IMG/VR virus record: IMGVR_UViG_3300012038_000181
Span: 1 to 64,000 of that record
Source: a virus
Lineage: Duplodnaviria > Caudoviricetes
Strand: one strand, 5' to 3'
Length of the DNA: 64,000 nucleotides
The notes under the pieces were generated by a model. That model did no database searches, was not told where the DNA came from, and saw nothing but the letters and a program-made list of their open reading frames with translations. A program made the position numbers and the translations under genes. This document shows positions 35,121-44,399 of this stretch, in pieces. Numbering within the stretch: position 1 is the stretch's first letter; each line of letters opens with the position of its first letter.

Positions 35121-35393
35121 ATGTTTCAGCGCGAACCCGCAGTAATCTTCAACGGAGTAGCGGAACTGTTACGACAGCTCGTTCCCTTGCTCATTGTGTT
35201 TGGATTTATCCATTGGACAGACGTACAGATTGCCGCCGTGTTTGCCTTTTCTAGTGTGGCTCTGACGTTTCTCACGACCATCGCTACTCGCTCGCAAACA
35301 GTTTCGACGCAGACAGCAAACGCGCAGATTGAAACCGCGCTACGACTGCCCGCCTCAACTCCGGTAGCGCAAGTTGTTGAGCAGACCAAATAA
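35121..35393 (+). CDS. Holin candidate
   Basis: RBS AAGGAG; REPAVI start; two hydrophobic helices. Confidence 0.6.
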   Translation: MFQREPAVIFNGVAELLRQLVPLLIVFGFIHWTDVQIAAVFAFSSVALTFLTTIATRSQTVSTQTANAQIETALRLPASTPVAQVVEQTK

Positions 35394-35564
35394 AAGTTTG
35401 TGGTTGCAGGTGAGCCAATGAAACGAGATGGTGAAAACGAAGGGAAAAATCAAACCGTCGGGTTCTAAGAATCACACGTTAGAAGACCTATAGTGGAGCG
35501 ACACTAAACCAAATACGGACGGCACTGTGACCACAATTTAACCAAAGAAAGCAGGTGATTTGAT

Positions 35565-36173
35565 TTGTTGAGACGTTCAAGACCTTACATCGCAAGTCTC
35601 TTAATGGTAGTAATCCTCGCCTGTAGTCCCGCAACCCTCGCTAATTACGCTGAATCAGTTGGTAAGTACGCACTCAAGACCAAACCTATCTTCCAGACCC
35701 TAATCGACTCAGGGAGTCTCCCGAACAACAACATCCTGGCACGCATTGATCAAGTATCACGAGACTCCAAGATACTCGCTGACGCGATCCGCGCAGGAGT
35801 GCATACCTCGATACTGACTGCGACCGCAGCCGTGATCAATGGCATTGAAGCCTTGATTGAGCAGGATGCGGAGTTAATCAAGAATCCACAGACTAGAGCG
35901 AAGGTTATCGGGTTTTTAGTAGCGGCAGAGATAGCTATTGGAATCATTACCGACTCGTTCCCTGACACACATCACGCATACGCCTATGCTACTCAGGAGC
36001 AAGCAAAGGCTCTGGAAGTAGTGAAGGCTTTTAAGAAAAAGGTTCGTTGTCGCATGGCGGGAAGTGTCTACGACGAAGTAGATAAGAAACAGCGTGGCGC
36101 GGGACAATTTGCTCCCTTCAGGATGTGTGAGAAGTATCCTGACAAGACGGTGGTGGAGAGGATAAAACCGTGA
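35565..36173 (+). CDS. Lipoprotein (possible spanin-related)
   Basis: Lipobox ILA-C after a basic/hydrophobic N-terminus; helical body. Confidence 0.6.
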   Translation: MLRRSRPYIASLLMVVILACSPATLANYAESVGKYALKTKPIFQTLIDSGSLPNNNILARIDQVSRDSKILADAIRAGVHTSILTATAAVINGIEALIEQDAELIKNPQTRAKVIGFLVAAEIAIGIITDSFPDTHHAYAYATQEQAKALEVVKAFKKKVRCRMAGSVYDEVDKKQRGAGQFAPFRMCEKYPDKTVVERIKP

Positions 36174-36325
36174 TGACCGAACAAAAGAAGATTGAGCGGC
36201 TAGCAGAGAACATCAAGCGGATCGTGAACAACCCAATAGGCATTTACCGAGGTCGTGAAGAACTCCGACTAAAGGTAATCAACGGCACGGTAGCGAGTGC
36301 CTTGACAACGATCAAAAAGAAGTAA
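36173..36325 (+). CDS. 50-aa basic hypothetical protein
   Basis: Coupled overlaps on both sides. Confidence 0.45.
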   Translation: MTEQKKIERLAENIKRIVNNPIGIYRGREELRLKVINGTVASALTTIKKK

Positions 36326-36636
36326 TGTGGGCACACGTAATCATCATCGGTTTGTTGCTGGCAGTCTTACTACAGCGTCAAACAAAACTATCAACCTTAA
36401 AGAGAATCGAGGCAAAGATGAGTACTCAAGAAGAAAAATTGCAGGCCATAGCAGCGTCCCTTCCCGCGATTGCGGCAGGGATTGACACGTTGCAAGCGCA
36501 AGTAGCAGAACTCAAAGAGGGCAATCCTGATCTCAACGATGAGATTGCGGCAATTGAAACAACCTTAGCGACGATTGCCGCAGACTTGAATCCACCTGCT
36601 CCTGAGCCGGAACCCGAACCAACACCAGAGCCTTAA
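36325..36636 (+). CDS. Membrane-anchored coiled-coil protein with PEPEP tail
   Basis: N-terminal TM, heptad repeats. Confidence 0.6.
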   Translation: MWAHVIIIGLLLAVLLQRQTKLSTLKRIEAKMSTQEEKLQAIAASLPAIAAGIDTLQAQVAELKEGNPDLNDEIAAIETTLATIAADLNPPAPEPEPEPTPEP

Positions 36637-36736
36637 CAAAGATTTGCGAGAATTGGCGGTGGGCCTAGGACTCCGAAGACGAACCGAATGGCAAGCAATA
36701 CAGCAATGGCACGTTGATTCTCGCAAGTACATCCAC

Positions 36737-37018
36737 ATGTTCAAGATCAACCTGGAAAGATTCGATGCCCGCGAACTTGGCGCATTGCTCGCCTTGGCTA
36801 CCGTGTGCATTGTAGTCACAGTAACCGTGATAGGAATGCTTTTTAGACCACCCCATCCAGACGGGAGAGAAGCCTTGTATCACACCGTTAGCGGCTTGAC
36901 TGGCTTGGCCGCAGGGTTATTAGGTGGTGGTGCAGCCGGATTTGCTCTTGCCGCTAAGAAGGCTGAGAAAGAGAAAGAAACCAAAGATGAGCGACCTAAC
37001 GCTGACGCAGTTAGCTAA
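36737..37018 (+). CDS. Two-TM protein, holin/antiholin candidate
   Basis: Two hydrophobic helices, charged tail; directly before the endolysin. Confidence 0.5.
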   Translation: MFKINLERFDARELGALLALATVCIVVTVTVIGMLFRPPHPDGREALYHTVSGLTGLAAGLLGGGAAGFALAAKKAEKEKETKDERPNADAVS

Positions 37019-37517
37019 CATCGCAAGTAGCTGTCCAGTCCCTAAGCTGGAAATCTATTTGCCCTTCCTCAACGAAGCAATGGCTGAAGGCGAAATCAAC
37101 ACACCTCTCCGACAGTCAATGTTTCTCGCTCAACTACTGCATGAGTCCGGCGATTTCAAATGGATGGAAGAAATAGCATCAGGCGCAGCCTATGAAGGAC
37201 GCAAAGACTTAGGGAATACACACACCGGAGACGGTAAACGCTTCAAGGGCAGAGGCCCAATCCAATTAACAGGTAGAGCCAACTACAAGGCCGCAGGAGA
37301 CGCGCTAGGCGTGGACTTTATCAACAGTCCTGAGATAGCAGCGTTCCCTGAATACGGCTTTAGAACCGCAGTCTGGTTCTGGGGTACACGTAACTTGAAT
37401 GTCCCGTCTGACGCAGGAGACATCAAGACTGTAACCAAGAAGATCAACGGGGGCTTCAACGGTCTTGAGGATAGAAAAGCGCGATACGCAAAAGCAAAGA
37501 AGGTGCTCGGTGTATGA
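36987..37517 (+). CDS. Endolysin, glycoside hydrolase family 19
   Basis: MFLAQLLHESG..EE..GRKDLGN..GDGKRFKGRGPIQLTGRANY..TKKINGGFNGLEDR. Confidence 0.92.
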   Translation: MSDLTLTQLANIASSCPVPKLEIYLPFLNEAMAEGEINTPLRQSMFLAQLLHESGDFKWMEEIASGAAYEGRKDLGNTHTGDGKRFKGRGPIQLTGRANYKAAGDALGVDFINSPEIAAFPEYGFRTAVWFWGTRNLNVPSDAGDIKTVTKKINGGFNGLEDRKARYAKAKKVLGV

Positions 37518-37705
37518 CGTTGGAGATAGCCGACATCGCCGCGTTAACAGGCATGATGGTAGTAGTTACCGGAGCCTTGGCCGTAATCACGAGATATTAT
37601 GTGAAGGCAGAAATTCAACAAGCGGTAAATGAATTGCGCTTGGAGTTATCCAAGGAAAGAGCAAGTATTTTGGAGTCACGAGTAGGAGAGAATAACAAGG
37701 CTTAA
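37514..37705 (+). CDS. Small single-TM protein (holin-like)
   Basis: N-terminal TM plus coiled coil; ATGA overlap. Confidence 0.55.
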   Translation: MTLEIADIAALTGMMVVVTGALAVITRYYVKAEIQQAVNELRLELSKERASILESRVGENNKA

Positions 37706-37914
37706 AATCAACGGGAACGACACCAGATAAAGCGTTCTCACCCCTGAGAATTATCCGATGCCGCCCCCGATTAGGTTGCCAATGTATACAGTAAGCGAGT
37801 AGAACGTAACTGAGAAAAGGTTACAAAATCAAGTATTAAACGTACAAAGGGTAGTGGAATAGAACCTTTTTGAAACTGATTTGAACCCGACTATGGCATA
37901 TATTTGTCGCCATT

Positions 37915-38409
37915 ATGCGAGCCGAACACTTGAGCGATAACGTGAATGTACATCTCCATGCAACTAGAGCAGCAGAACGGGTTAAGACCAACGGACGGAT
38001 GCCACAAATGTTGGATACGTCACAACCTTTTGCCAATCACGGGGATAGTGTATGGAAACGCTTTAAGGAACGCTGGTTTAAATGGGAGTACAACCTTACC
38101 GTGGCAGGAAGAACGATAGAAAAAGGGTGGGTCGTCCCTCAACCTCTCGGTATTGCCCTCATTCTCGTAATGATCAGCGGTACTAGCGTGTTGTATTGGC
38201 GCATTATTGACAGCCAGGCATCGCAAGACAGAGAAGTCACTGAGAAGCTGCAAGCCCAACGCGATCTCCTCATAGAAGTCAAAACAACGCTAGCAATCAA
38301 GGCTGAGGCCGACAGAGAGAAGCAGCGCAAGAACGAAGAAGACGATCAGCTTCAAGATATGCAGATTCAGGACTTAAAGGACAAGCTCTTGGTACTCAAC
38401 TCGAAATGA
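37915..38409 (+). CDS. Membrane-anchored coiled-coil protein (start uncertain)
   Basis: LGIALILVMISGTSVLYW followed by heptads. Confidence 0.6.
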   Translation: MRAEHLSDNVNVHLHATRAAERVKTNGRMPQMLDTSQPFANHGDSVWKRFKERWFKWEYNLTVAGRTIEKGWVVPQPLGIALILVMISGTSVLYWRIIDSQASQDREVTEKLQAQRDLLIEVKTTLAIKAEADREKQRKNEEDDQLQDMQIQDLKDKLLVLNSK

Positions 38410-38432
38410 GGTTAGCTTAAATGGGTGGGCAG

Positions 38433-39113
38433 TCAAGATCGTTGCCGCAGTCGGCGCACATTCCATCCGGTCTTGTCGGTATCGACAGGAATAGTGAGCG
38501 TGTCTTCCGTACTCCATCCGTCAATCAGGCGGTTCCAGATATTAGTTTGACTGATTCCCAACTCGGTCGCCCACTGAGAAATCGTTTGAACTTTCCCTCG
38601 AAATCTCAAGCGGCGATTGGTTCGCTTATTGTTGGTCTGTTCTGGCATAGTGGCCCATACGCAGTTATCAGGAGAGTAGCCGAGTTCGTTGTTTTCGCGC
38701 TCAAGCGAGTGATTAGCGGAAGGACGTTTGCCCATATCACTCAGAAAGTTAGCAGCCGTTTTCCATCGGTCGCAGACCGTAATACCCCGCGCTCCGTAGT
38801 TGTGGTATTCGACATTCTTAGGGTTCCCGCAGCGATCCATCATGTGCGCCCAAGCGGCATACTCAGGAGTCTTGGTCATACCATGTTTGAACTGTCGCGC
38901 TATTTGCAGTTCTGTTTTATGACATCCGCAGGAAACGCTAGATTCATTCTTCAGCGTATTGCCGCGCACTATCTTCTCTTTCCCACACGCACAGCGACAC
39001 AGCCAACGCGGAACGGTGCTTCCGCCTTTGGCATACTTGTAAATGGCTTTATCGTGAAATTTAAGCACAGTCCAGCGTCCGAACGATTGGCCTGTAATGT
39101 CTTGTATCTGCAT
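38433..39113 (-). CDS. Free-standing HNH-like homing endonuclease (AP2/NUMOD-type N-terminus)
   Basis: DITGQSFGRWTVL..WLCRCACG..SCGC..EYAAWAHMMDRC..YGARGITVCDRW..SLERENNELGYSPDNCVWAT. Confidence 0.9.
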   Translation of the reverse strand: MQIQDITGQSFGRWTVLKFHDKAIYKYAKGGSTVPRWLCRCACGKEKIVRGNTLKNESSVSCGCHKTELQIARQFKHGMTKTPEYAAWAHMMDRCGNPKNVEYHNYGARGITVCDRWKTAANFLSDMGKRPSANHSLERENNELGYSPDNCVWATMPEQTNNKRTNRRLRFRGKVQTISQWATELGISQTNIWNRLIDGWSTEDTLTIPVDTDKTGWNVRRLRQRS

Positions 39114-39148
39114 GCATTAAGCATAGCATAACAAAGGAGAAATGGGAA

Positions 39149-39382
39149 GTGGGGGGCCAGTCTTGCAAATTGAAAATCATTCTCAACGGTGGCGTGGTTG
39201 AATCCGTCGCTCACAAACTCTGCTATGCAGTCGAAGAAACCCCTGCGGACGCTATCGACTATGATTACGGGATTAAGATCGTGGAACAGTTGAACAAGGC
39301 TGAGGATGCCATGTTCGCCGCCCAACGATTATTCCTTGAGTCGCAAGACTTCCACGGGCCGTGGCCTAAATCTCTTTCGTAG
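39149..39382 (+). CDS. Hypothetical protein with a regenerated start
   Basis: GTG after AAAGGAG; MGGQS start duplicated at 38421. Confidence 0.55.
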   Translation: MGGQSCKLKIILNGGVVESVAHKLCYAVEETPADAIDYDYGIKIVEQLNKAEDAMFAAQRLFLESQDFHGPWPKSLS

Positions 39383-39556
39383 TTACCCCTTAATCGGCCA
39401 ACCAAAGGCAGCGATACCAAGTAACGCCAAGAGAACCCACAGCAAAAGACTGTAGCCAAAGGGTCGATAGTTAGGCGCACTTGTCGGTGGATAGATAAAC
39501 CAACCAAAGATTAACGTCAGCAGCATCAAAATCCAGAATAATAAAGCTATAGTCAA
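39383..39556 (-). CDS. Small two-TM protein
   Basis: TTG start after AGGAG; hydrophobic hairpin. Confidence 0.6.
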   Translation of the reverse strand: MTIALLFWILMLLTLIFGWFIYPPTSAPNYRPFGYSLLLWVLLALLGIAAFGWPIKG

Positions 39557-39766
39557 AATAGTTTCTCCTAGTCGAGATATGGGACTACTAAAGGGGTGAG
39601 GCCCAAGTATAGCACTACATCCAAGTTCCGAGTTGGTAATGCTTAGGCGGCAGCGGTTCGTCAATAATGCGCCTATCCTTTGCAATCCAGCGAGCAAGCC
39701 GATCAATCGGTACGCCTAGCAACGCTCGCACAAAGCAGAACACCATTACATTAAACCAAAGGTATC

Positions 39767-39961
39767 TCATGTTGTTACCGCCTTTCTCGGTCTACCTAAA
39801 GCCCTCGGATAGTTCCTTACCTGGTCAGCTTGTTTCTCAGTCAGAACGAAGACTCTCCCGATCTGTTTCGGTTTAATGTTCAAGAGTTTAATCCTATTGG
39901 TAAGTTGTCGTTGTTTAACCTTTAGTTCAGCTTCTAAGTCCTTAGTAGTGATATAATTCAT
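39767..39961 (-). CDS. HTH DNA-binding protein
   Basis: ITTKDLEAELKVKQRQL..QIGRVFVL..GRPRK. Confidence 0.65.
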   Translation of the reverse strand: MNYITTKDLEAELKVKQRQLTNRIKLLNIKPKQIGRVFVLTEKQADQVRNYPRALGRPRKAVTT

Positions 39962-40356
39962 GCTGATACGGCCTCTGCTTTCTTGAATGTCTCCCACGTT
40001 GGCTCGTTGAGAGCAGCAAAGGCATCAAAGGAAATCTTGTTGCCAATAGCAACGGCCATGTCTCCACCTTGTTCTTTGGTGGTGTAAATCATGCCGCTAT
40101 CAGGATCAACCACGATGATCGGATACGAGTTGTCCCAAACTTTTGTTGTGATACCAAAGCCCGTTTCATCACCTTGACAGCCATCAGTCATGGCATCAAA
40201 GATAATCCGTGAAAGGTACTGAGTGTCACCCCATCGCACACGCCGCGAGATTGCCTTGTGAAGCATTGCGGGCAGTTGATAGCCTCCTGAGTGTGTGTAA
40301 AGAACAACGGCACTCCCATCACCTTGTAGAATTGCGATATTTGCTCTGTCTCCCAT
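39958..40356 (-). CDS. Conserved early phage protein
   Basis: MGDRANI..LYTHSGG..RWGD..YLSRIIF; RBS AAGG. Confidence 0.65.
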   Translation of the reverse strand: MGDRANIAILQGDGSAVVLYTHSGGYQLPAMLHKAISRRVRWGDTQYLSRIIFDAMTDGCQGDETGFGITTKVWDNSYPIIVVDPDSGMIYTTKEQGGDMAVAIGNKISFDAFAALNEPTWETFKKAEAVSA

Positions 40357-40359
40357 TGT

Positions 40360-40806
40360 CTACCTTCTTTCTGCTACTTCTTCTAGTAGCGTGTCTAGAT
40401 CGTTTAGAATGCTTTCGTCGTCCGATGGAAACTCAGACCGTTTTGTCGTCATGGACTCCATCAAGTCACGCTCGCGCAACGGATCAATCGTGGCCTTCTC
40501 TGCGATTTGCTCGCCTTGTGAGACGTTTTCAGCTATTGGTTGAGGGTTAGTACCCTGTAAGGCTTGGCGAGCCTTTAGCATTACTTCAGGCGTTAAATCG
40601 ACGCAAGAATCGACAGCGTTGTAAAGATCGCCCAAAGCGGATTCTAGTTCACTAATACGTGCTAGTAGTTGCTCTGTAGTCGGCTTAGTAGTTGCTTGCT
40701 GAACGCGCCATCTATCTAAAAACCGTTGTTCATCGGTCGTGCGCTCATTCCAAACCTTGTCGTAAATCCGATCTGCTTCTCTCCTATCTGCAATTAGGTT
40801 GTCCAT
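40360..40806 (-). CDS. Hypothetical early protein
   Basis: RBS AAGGAG. Confidence 0.6.
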   Translation of the reverse strand: MDNLIADRREADRIYDKVWNERTTDEQRFLDRWRVQQATTKPTTEQLLARISELESALGDLYNAVDSCVDLTPEVMLKARQALQGTNPQPIAENVSQGEQIAEKATIDPLRERDLMESMTTKRSEFPSDDESILNDLDTLLEEVAERR

Positions 40807-40890
40807 TTCTTCTCCTTCTGCGTTAGTAAGTTAAGATTCCAAAGCGGCTGAATTGATAACCGTAGCAGCCGCTACTACGGACTTGAAGGT

Positions 40891-41067
40891 TTAGCTCAAA
40901 AGGTCGTACACGTTAAGAACTATCTCGTTACCTTCACACCGTTCAGCATTTGCAGCCTCTTGAGTAGGAAATTTGCGCGCATTCTCTAGGCTGTGTGTAT
41001 AGCTAGACTTGCTACCCTCACGAGCCACATAGCCGCCACCTTGATCCGTTCGTTTGATTACGTACAT
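40891..41067 (-). CDS. 58-aa early protein
   Basis: MYVIKRTDQGGGYV..ARKFPTQEAA; RBS AAGGAG. Confidence 0.55.
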   Translation of the reverse strand: MYVIKRTDQGGGYVAREGSKSSYTHSLENARKFPTQEAANAERCEGNEIVLNVYDLLS

Positions 41068-41146
41068 TTGCCTATCTCCTTCTAAGTTTAAGATTTAGCG
41101 ATAGTTTACGTGTACCGCTAACACGGGCAGAATAGGATCAGTTATC

Positions 41147-41965
41147 CTACCTGCTGGAATAACTGCGGGCTTGTGCTTTGATTTCGTAGTCAAAGGGAAA
41201 CTCTGATGCTACGTCTAACAATTTGCTTGCAAAGTCGTCCGTTACCTTGTCGCGCCATCCAAACGTCAAGATTTTTGTGTGATCGTAATAGATAGCGTTA
41301 TCGGTCGGGATGTCGTGATCCATGAGCCAAAGCATTACATCGCGGTTTTCGGTTGCTTTGCGTATTGTTTGATCACATTGATCAACTACGTCTTGCCTAC
41401 GCTTGGCTTTCAAGTCGGCTTGTCGTTCCGCTAACGGCTTTTTAGGTGCAGGAATGGTTAGCGGCTTGGCTTCCGGTAGTTCGGGTAGGTTGTCGCCAAA
41501 CAATGCGGCCATGTCTTCGCGCCATTTAGCCATCAACGCGGGAAAGCGAGCGACTAGAAACGATTGTAATTCCACGTCCGTTAGCGTCTCAAGATTCACT
41601 TCAGCGTCGGATTCTAACGCGCCATAAACTATGGTAGACTTGAGGTATTCCAGGTTGCGAGCATTCTCCATGCCTACGCAAAAACCAGCGTGATACTCGG
41701 CGTTAGCTAGATAGTGCATAGGGCCATCTGTACTCGTAAGATGCCAACGCACCAAAGGAGCTAATTCAGGAAAGAACTGCTCAACTTCGTCGTGCATACA
41801 ACCACCGGCAACCCACCTATTACCTTCTCGAAGGTCGCCTCTGATGCTGAAATATGGGTGTTGATTGCCAATGCTGTGAAGTTCGGCTTTTGCTGTGAAT
41901 GTGCCTTTATCCGGCAAACCTGCCTTGATGAAAGTCTTGACTGCGTAAGTTTTATCGTTTGCCAT
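41147..41965 (-). CDS. Conserved early phage protein
   Basis: YFSIRG..GGCMHDEV..FPELAPLVRWHL..GPMHYLANA; RBS GAGAGG. Confidence 0.7.
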   Translation of the reverse strand: MANDKTYAVKTFIKAGLPDKGTFTAKAELHSIGNQHPYFSIRGDLREGNRWVAGGCMHDEVEQFFPELAPLVRWHLTSTDGPMHYLANAEYHAGFCVGMENARNLEYLKSTIVYGALESDAEVNLETLTDVELQSFLVARFPALMAKWREDMAALFGDNLPELPEAKPLTIPAPKKPLAERQADLKAKRRQDVVDQCDQTIRKATENRDVMLWLMDHDIPTDNAIYYDHTKILTFGWRDKVTDDFASKLLDVASEFPFDYEIKAQARSYSSR

Positions 41966-42106
41966 GATGCTGATCCTCTCGATGATTTTTGTACTCTCTT
42001 AGAGTAAATAAAGGGTTAGATACCGAGGTCTTCGACTTTCTTACTTGCGGTATAAAGCGCGTTTGACGCACTTTCCCAGGGTTTAGCTGTCGCGTTATCT
42101 TGCCAA

Positions 42107-42229
42107 TTAACCTTGATAGGCATCCCAGAAGTAAGGCACATAAAGCATTTCGCCTTCAAACTTGCCAGGGTTACGAATGATGCCATTATCATCAATGTTG
42201 TACTCGGAAGTGATTTGTTCGCGTGTCAT
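42107..42229 (-). CDS. Short early protein, possibly truncated
   Basis: RBS AAGGAG; IIRNPGKFEGEMLYVPYFWD. Confidence 0.45.
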   Translation of the reverse strand: MTREQITSEYNIDDNGIIRNPGKFEGEMLYVPYFWDAYQG

Positions 42230-42316
42230 TAGTTTATCTACTCCTTTGTTGTTTCAATCTCGAACATTTGAGAGAACGCGGCAAAGTTTCAATAAACTCT
42301 GCCGGATTGCCTCAAA

Positions 42317-42574
42317 TTAGATATAATGCTCACCACGAAACGCGTCGTAATTAACACGTTGACACTCGTTGTACATGCGCTCGATAGCGTTACAATTCGC
42401 GTCATCGTAAACCTTCCACCAGCCCTGAGAGCTGTAGTACTCTTCGTCTGTTAAGACTTGCGCGACCATTGCATCAGCAATAGCATGGCGACGATCATCG
42501 CGGACTTGCTCTTCCAGCCAAGCGGTCAAGTGTTTACGGACATAAGGATCAGAAAGTTGTTTAATAGAATCCAT
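42317..42574 (-). CDS. Hypothetical early protein
   Basis: RBS AAGGAG. Confidence 0.6.
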   Translation of the reverse strand: MDSIKQLSDPYVRKHLTAWLEEQVRDDRRHAIADAMVAQVLTDEEYYSSQGWWKVYDDANCNAIERMYNECQRVNYDAFRGEHYI

Positions 42575-42613
42575 AGCGTATCTCCTTTATCAAGTAAGCA
42601 TCGAACAAACATA

Positions 42614-42643
42614 CTTATACTCTTGAGAGTAATCATCTGTCAA
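42614..42643 (-). promoter_or_regulatory. Strong early promoter TTGACA-18-TATAAG with a palindromic operator in the spacer
   Basis: Read directly; TACTCT-TG-AGAGTA at 42618-42631. Confidence 0.65.
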
Positions 42644-42752
42644 TACAATTCTTCTCTCAAGAGCATTATTAAAGCGCGATACTGTTCGCCCTTTGTACGC
42701 CAATAAAAGAACTTGCCAAAATATTGAGTAAATTGCTAAGGTTTAGCGCAAG

Positions 42753-43199
42753 ATGGCCACAGAGACCGCGCAACTAGAAATCCGGCGAGCACAGTACCGT
42801 GATTACCCAGAAGACCTAAAAGCCGCTGTAATCGCCGCAATTGAGAACAACGGCGGCAATGTCCTCGCTACCTCAAAGCTTTTCAATCTTCCCAGGGATA
42901 CCGTCAACTATTGGTGGAAACACTCAGACCGCTTTGTTGAAGTTAAACAAGCTAGCTCTGCCAATCTTGCCGATAAATACGAACAATTAGCCCATTCTTA
43001 CGTCGAATCTCTTTCAGAACATGATCAATCTTTAGTGACCGCAAGAGATAAAATCTACATTGCTTCAACCGCAACACAGATGACGCAGCTCTTGAGAGGT
43101 GAGCCGACCGCAATTGTTGGACAGGTTGAGCGCACAGATGTGACAGTGATCCTGCAATCCGCCTTGAGCGATGCAATCGACATAACACCTACAGACTGA
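42753..43199 (+). CDS. terS: Terminase small subunit
   Basis: N-terminal HTH (YPEDLKAAV..ATSKLFNLPRDTVNYW), helical middle, LLRGEPTAIV C-terminal motif. Confidence 0.65.
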   Translation: MATETAQLEIRRAQYRDYPEDLKAAVIAAIENNGGNVLATSKLFNLPRDTVNYWWKHSDRFVEVKQASSANLADKYEQLAHSYVESLSEHDQSLVTARDKIYIASTATQMTQLLRGEPTAIVGQVERTDVTVILQSALSDAIDITPTD

Positions 43200-43506
43200 G
43201 CAAGTTAAACCTCGAACAACAAAATAACATATGGTCTATTATCAGACCCAACGCGCTAAGTGTATGCGTATCAGTGTGTTGTGAGTGTGACCATCGAGCG
43301 TGACCGATGCTCTAGAGCGTGTGTGTACGTGTTACATGCGGTCAAGTTCTTGATAATTGAGGGTTTAGGGGTGGGGTGAGGGATCGATCTTTCCGGCTGG
43401 ATTGCCAGGTCGAGGTACGTCAGGTTCGCGGGGCAGTGCGTCTTGCCAGATCGTCACGAAGCGTATTGAGAGAGATGTCTTGGGAGAGGGACTTCTGAAA
43501 TACCTA

Positions 43507-43536
43507 TTGACATAGGACTAGGATTAGGTATAGGAT
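43507..43536 (+). promoter_or_regulatory. Promoter TTGACA-18-TAGGAT with tandem TAGGAY hexamers
   Basis: TAGGAC TAGGAT TAGGTA TAGGAT TAGG at 43513-43540. Confidence 0.65.
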
Positions 43537-43571
43537 TAGGCCGTTCTATTCATATAGGAGGAGGTATAGGA

Positions 43572-43922
43572 ATGGCGTTTCAAGAGTTCAGGAAGACGGA
43601 TGGGAATTCGGAGCCAAAGGTGACTCTCCGAGCAAATAGTAATTCGGCAGAGGTGAGCGGGGCGGTTCGGGGATTAATGGGGAGTCCGGCGCGGGTAAAA
43701 TGGCTTTGGGACGCTGAGGCTGGGAGGATTGGGCTGCGAGTGTCAGAGAACGGAGAAGCGGGGTATCCGCTACGGAAGTCAAGGCAAGGACATGTCTCGT
43801 TGTTGAGTTCGGGGGCTTTTGTAAACCGCTACGGCGTTCCTGCTGGTGTTTATCAGTACGTTTCGACCGAGAGTGGGGTGTACATCTTTGAGCGCGAGGG
43901 AGAAAATGGGCTTTCAAAGTAA
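43572..43922 (+). CDS. Hypothetical protein
   Basis: RBS GGAGGAGG. Confidence 0.65.
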   Translation: MAFQEFRKTDGNSEPKVTLRANSNSAEVSGAVRGLMGSPARVKWLWDAEAGRIGLRVSENGEAGYPLRKSRQGHVSLLSSGAFVNRYGVPAGVYQYVSTESGVYIFEREGENGLSK

Positions 43923-44337
43923 GACGTACTCGCTTTCGGATGAAGTGATCGAGGCGATTGAAGCGGAAAAGGCAGCGGGAGTTAGCCCGAATCAGTTTCT
44001 CCGGCGACTTTTGGGTATTGAGAAGTCTGAGATGCCAATGAAGCAGGGGCCGTTACGCTCCGATAAGGGCCATCCGGCGGCAATTCAGCCACAACCGAGT
44101 GTTAGGGAGCCTAAACCGATAGCGGGGCGGCAGAAATGCCTTCACTGCGGCGACTTGGATGCGTTGCCGGAAGGGAGTCCCGTTTGGCGAACGTGTATTC
44201 CGTGTAATCGGGGTGGTCATAAGCCGTGGGAAGCGTGTCCCGTGTGTGCGCGAAAGGCTCACGCGGCGAAAGTGGCATCGGAAAGTACGGTTTGCGATCC
44301 TGACGCCGTGGATTTTGATCCATATCAGCCTGCGTAG
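43906..44337 (+). CDS. RHH-domain plus Zn-finger protein
   Basis: SKTYSLSDEVIEAIEA..SPNQFLRRLL; CLHC..CIPC..CPVC. Confidence 0.6.
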   Translation: MGFQSKTYSLSDEVIEAIEAEKAAGVSPNQFLRRLLGIEKSEMPMKQGPLRSDKGHPAAIQPQPSVREPKPIAGRQKCLHCGDLDALPEGSPVWRTCIPCNRGGHKPWEACPVCARKAHAAKVASESTVCDPDAVDFDPYQPA

Positions 44338-44399
44338 TTCAAAGAACTGGCTAATTTTACCAAAAGAGAAGGACGTAAACAAGAAATGAGCGAGAAAAA

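Noticed and set aside
42010-42110. Open frame VNWQDNATAKPWES..LGI after the PGKFEGE gene as a third frameshift
   Set aside because: Cannot tell a frameshift from a deletion scar or chance without homologs
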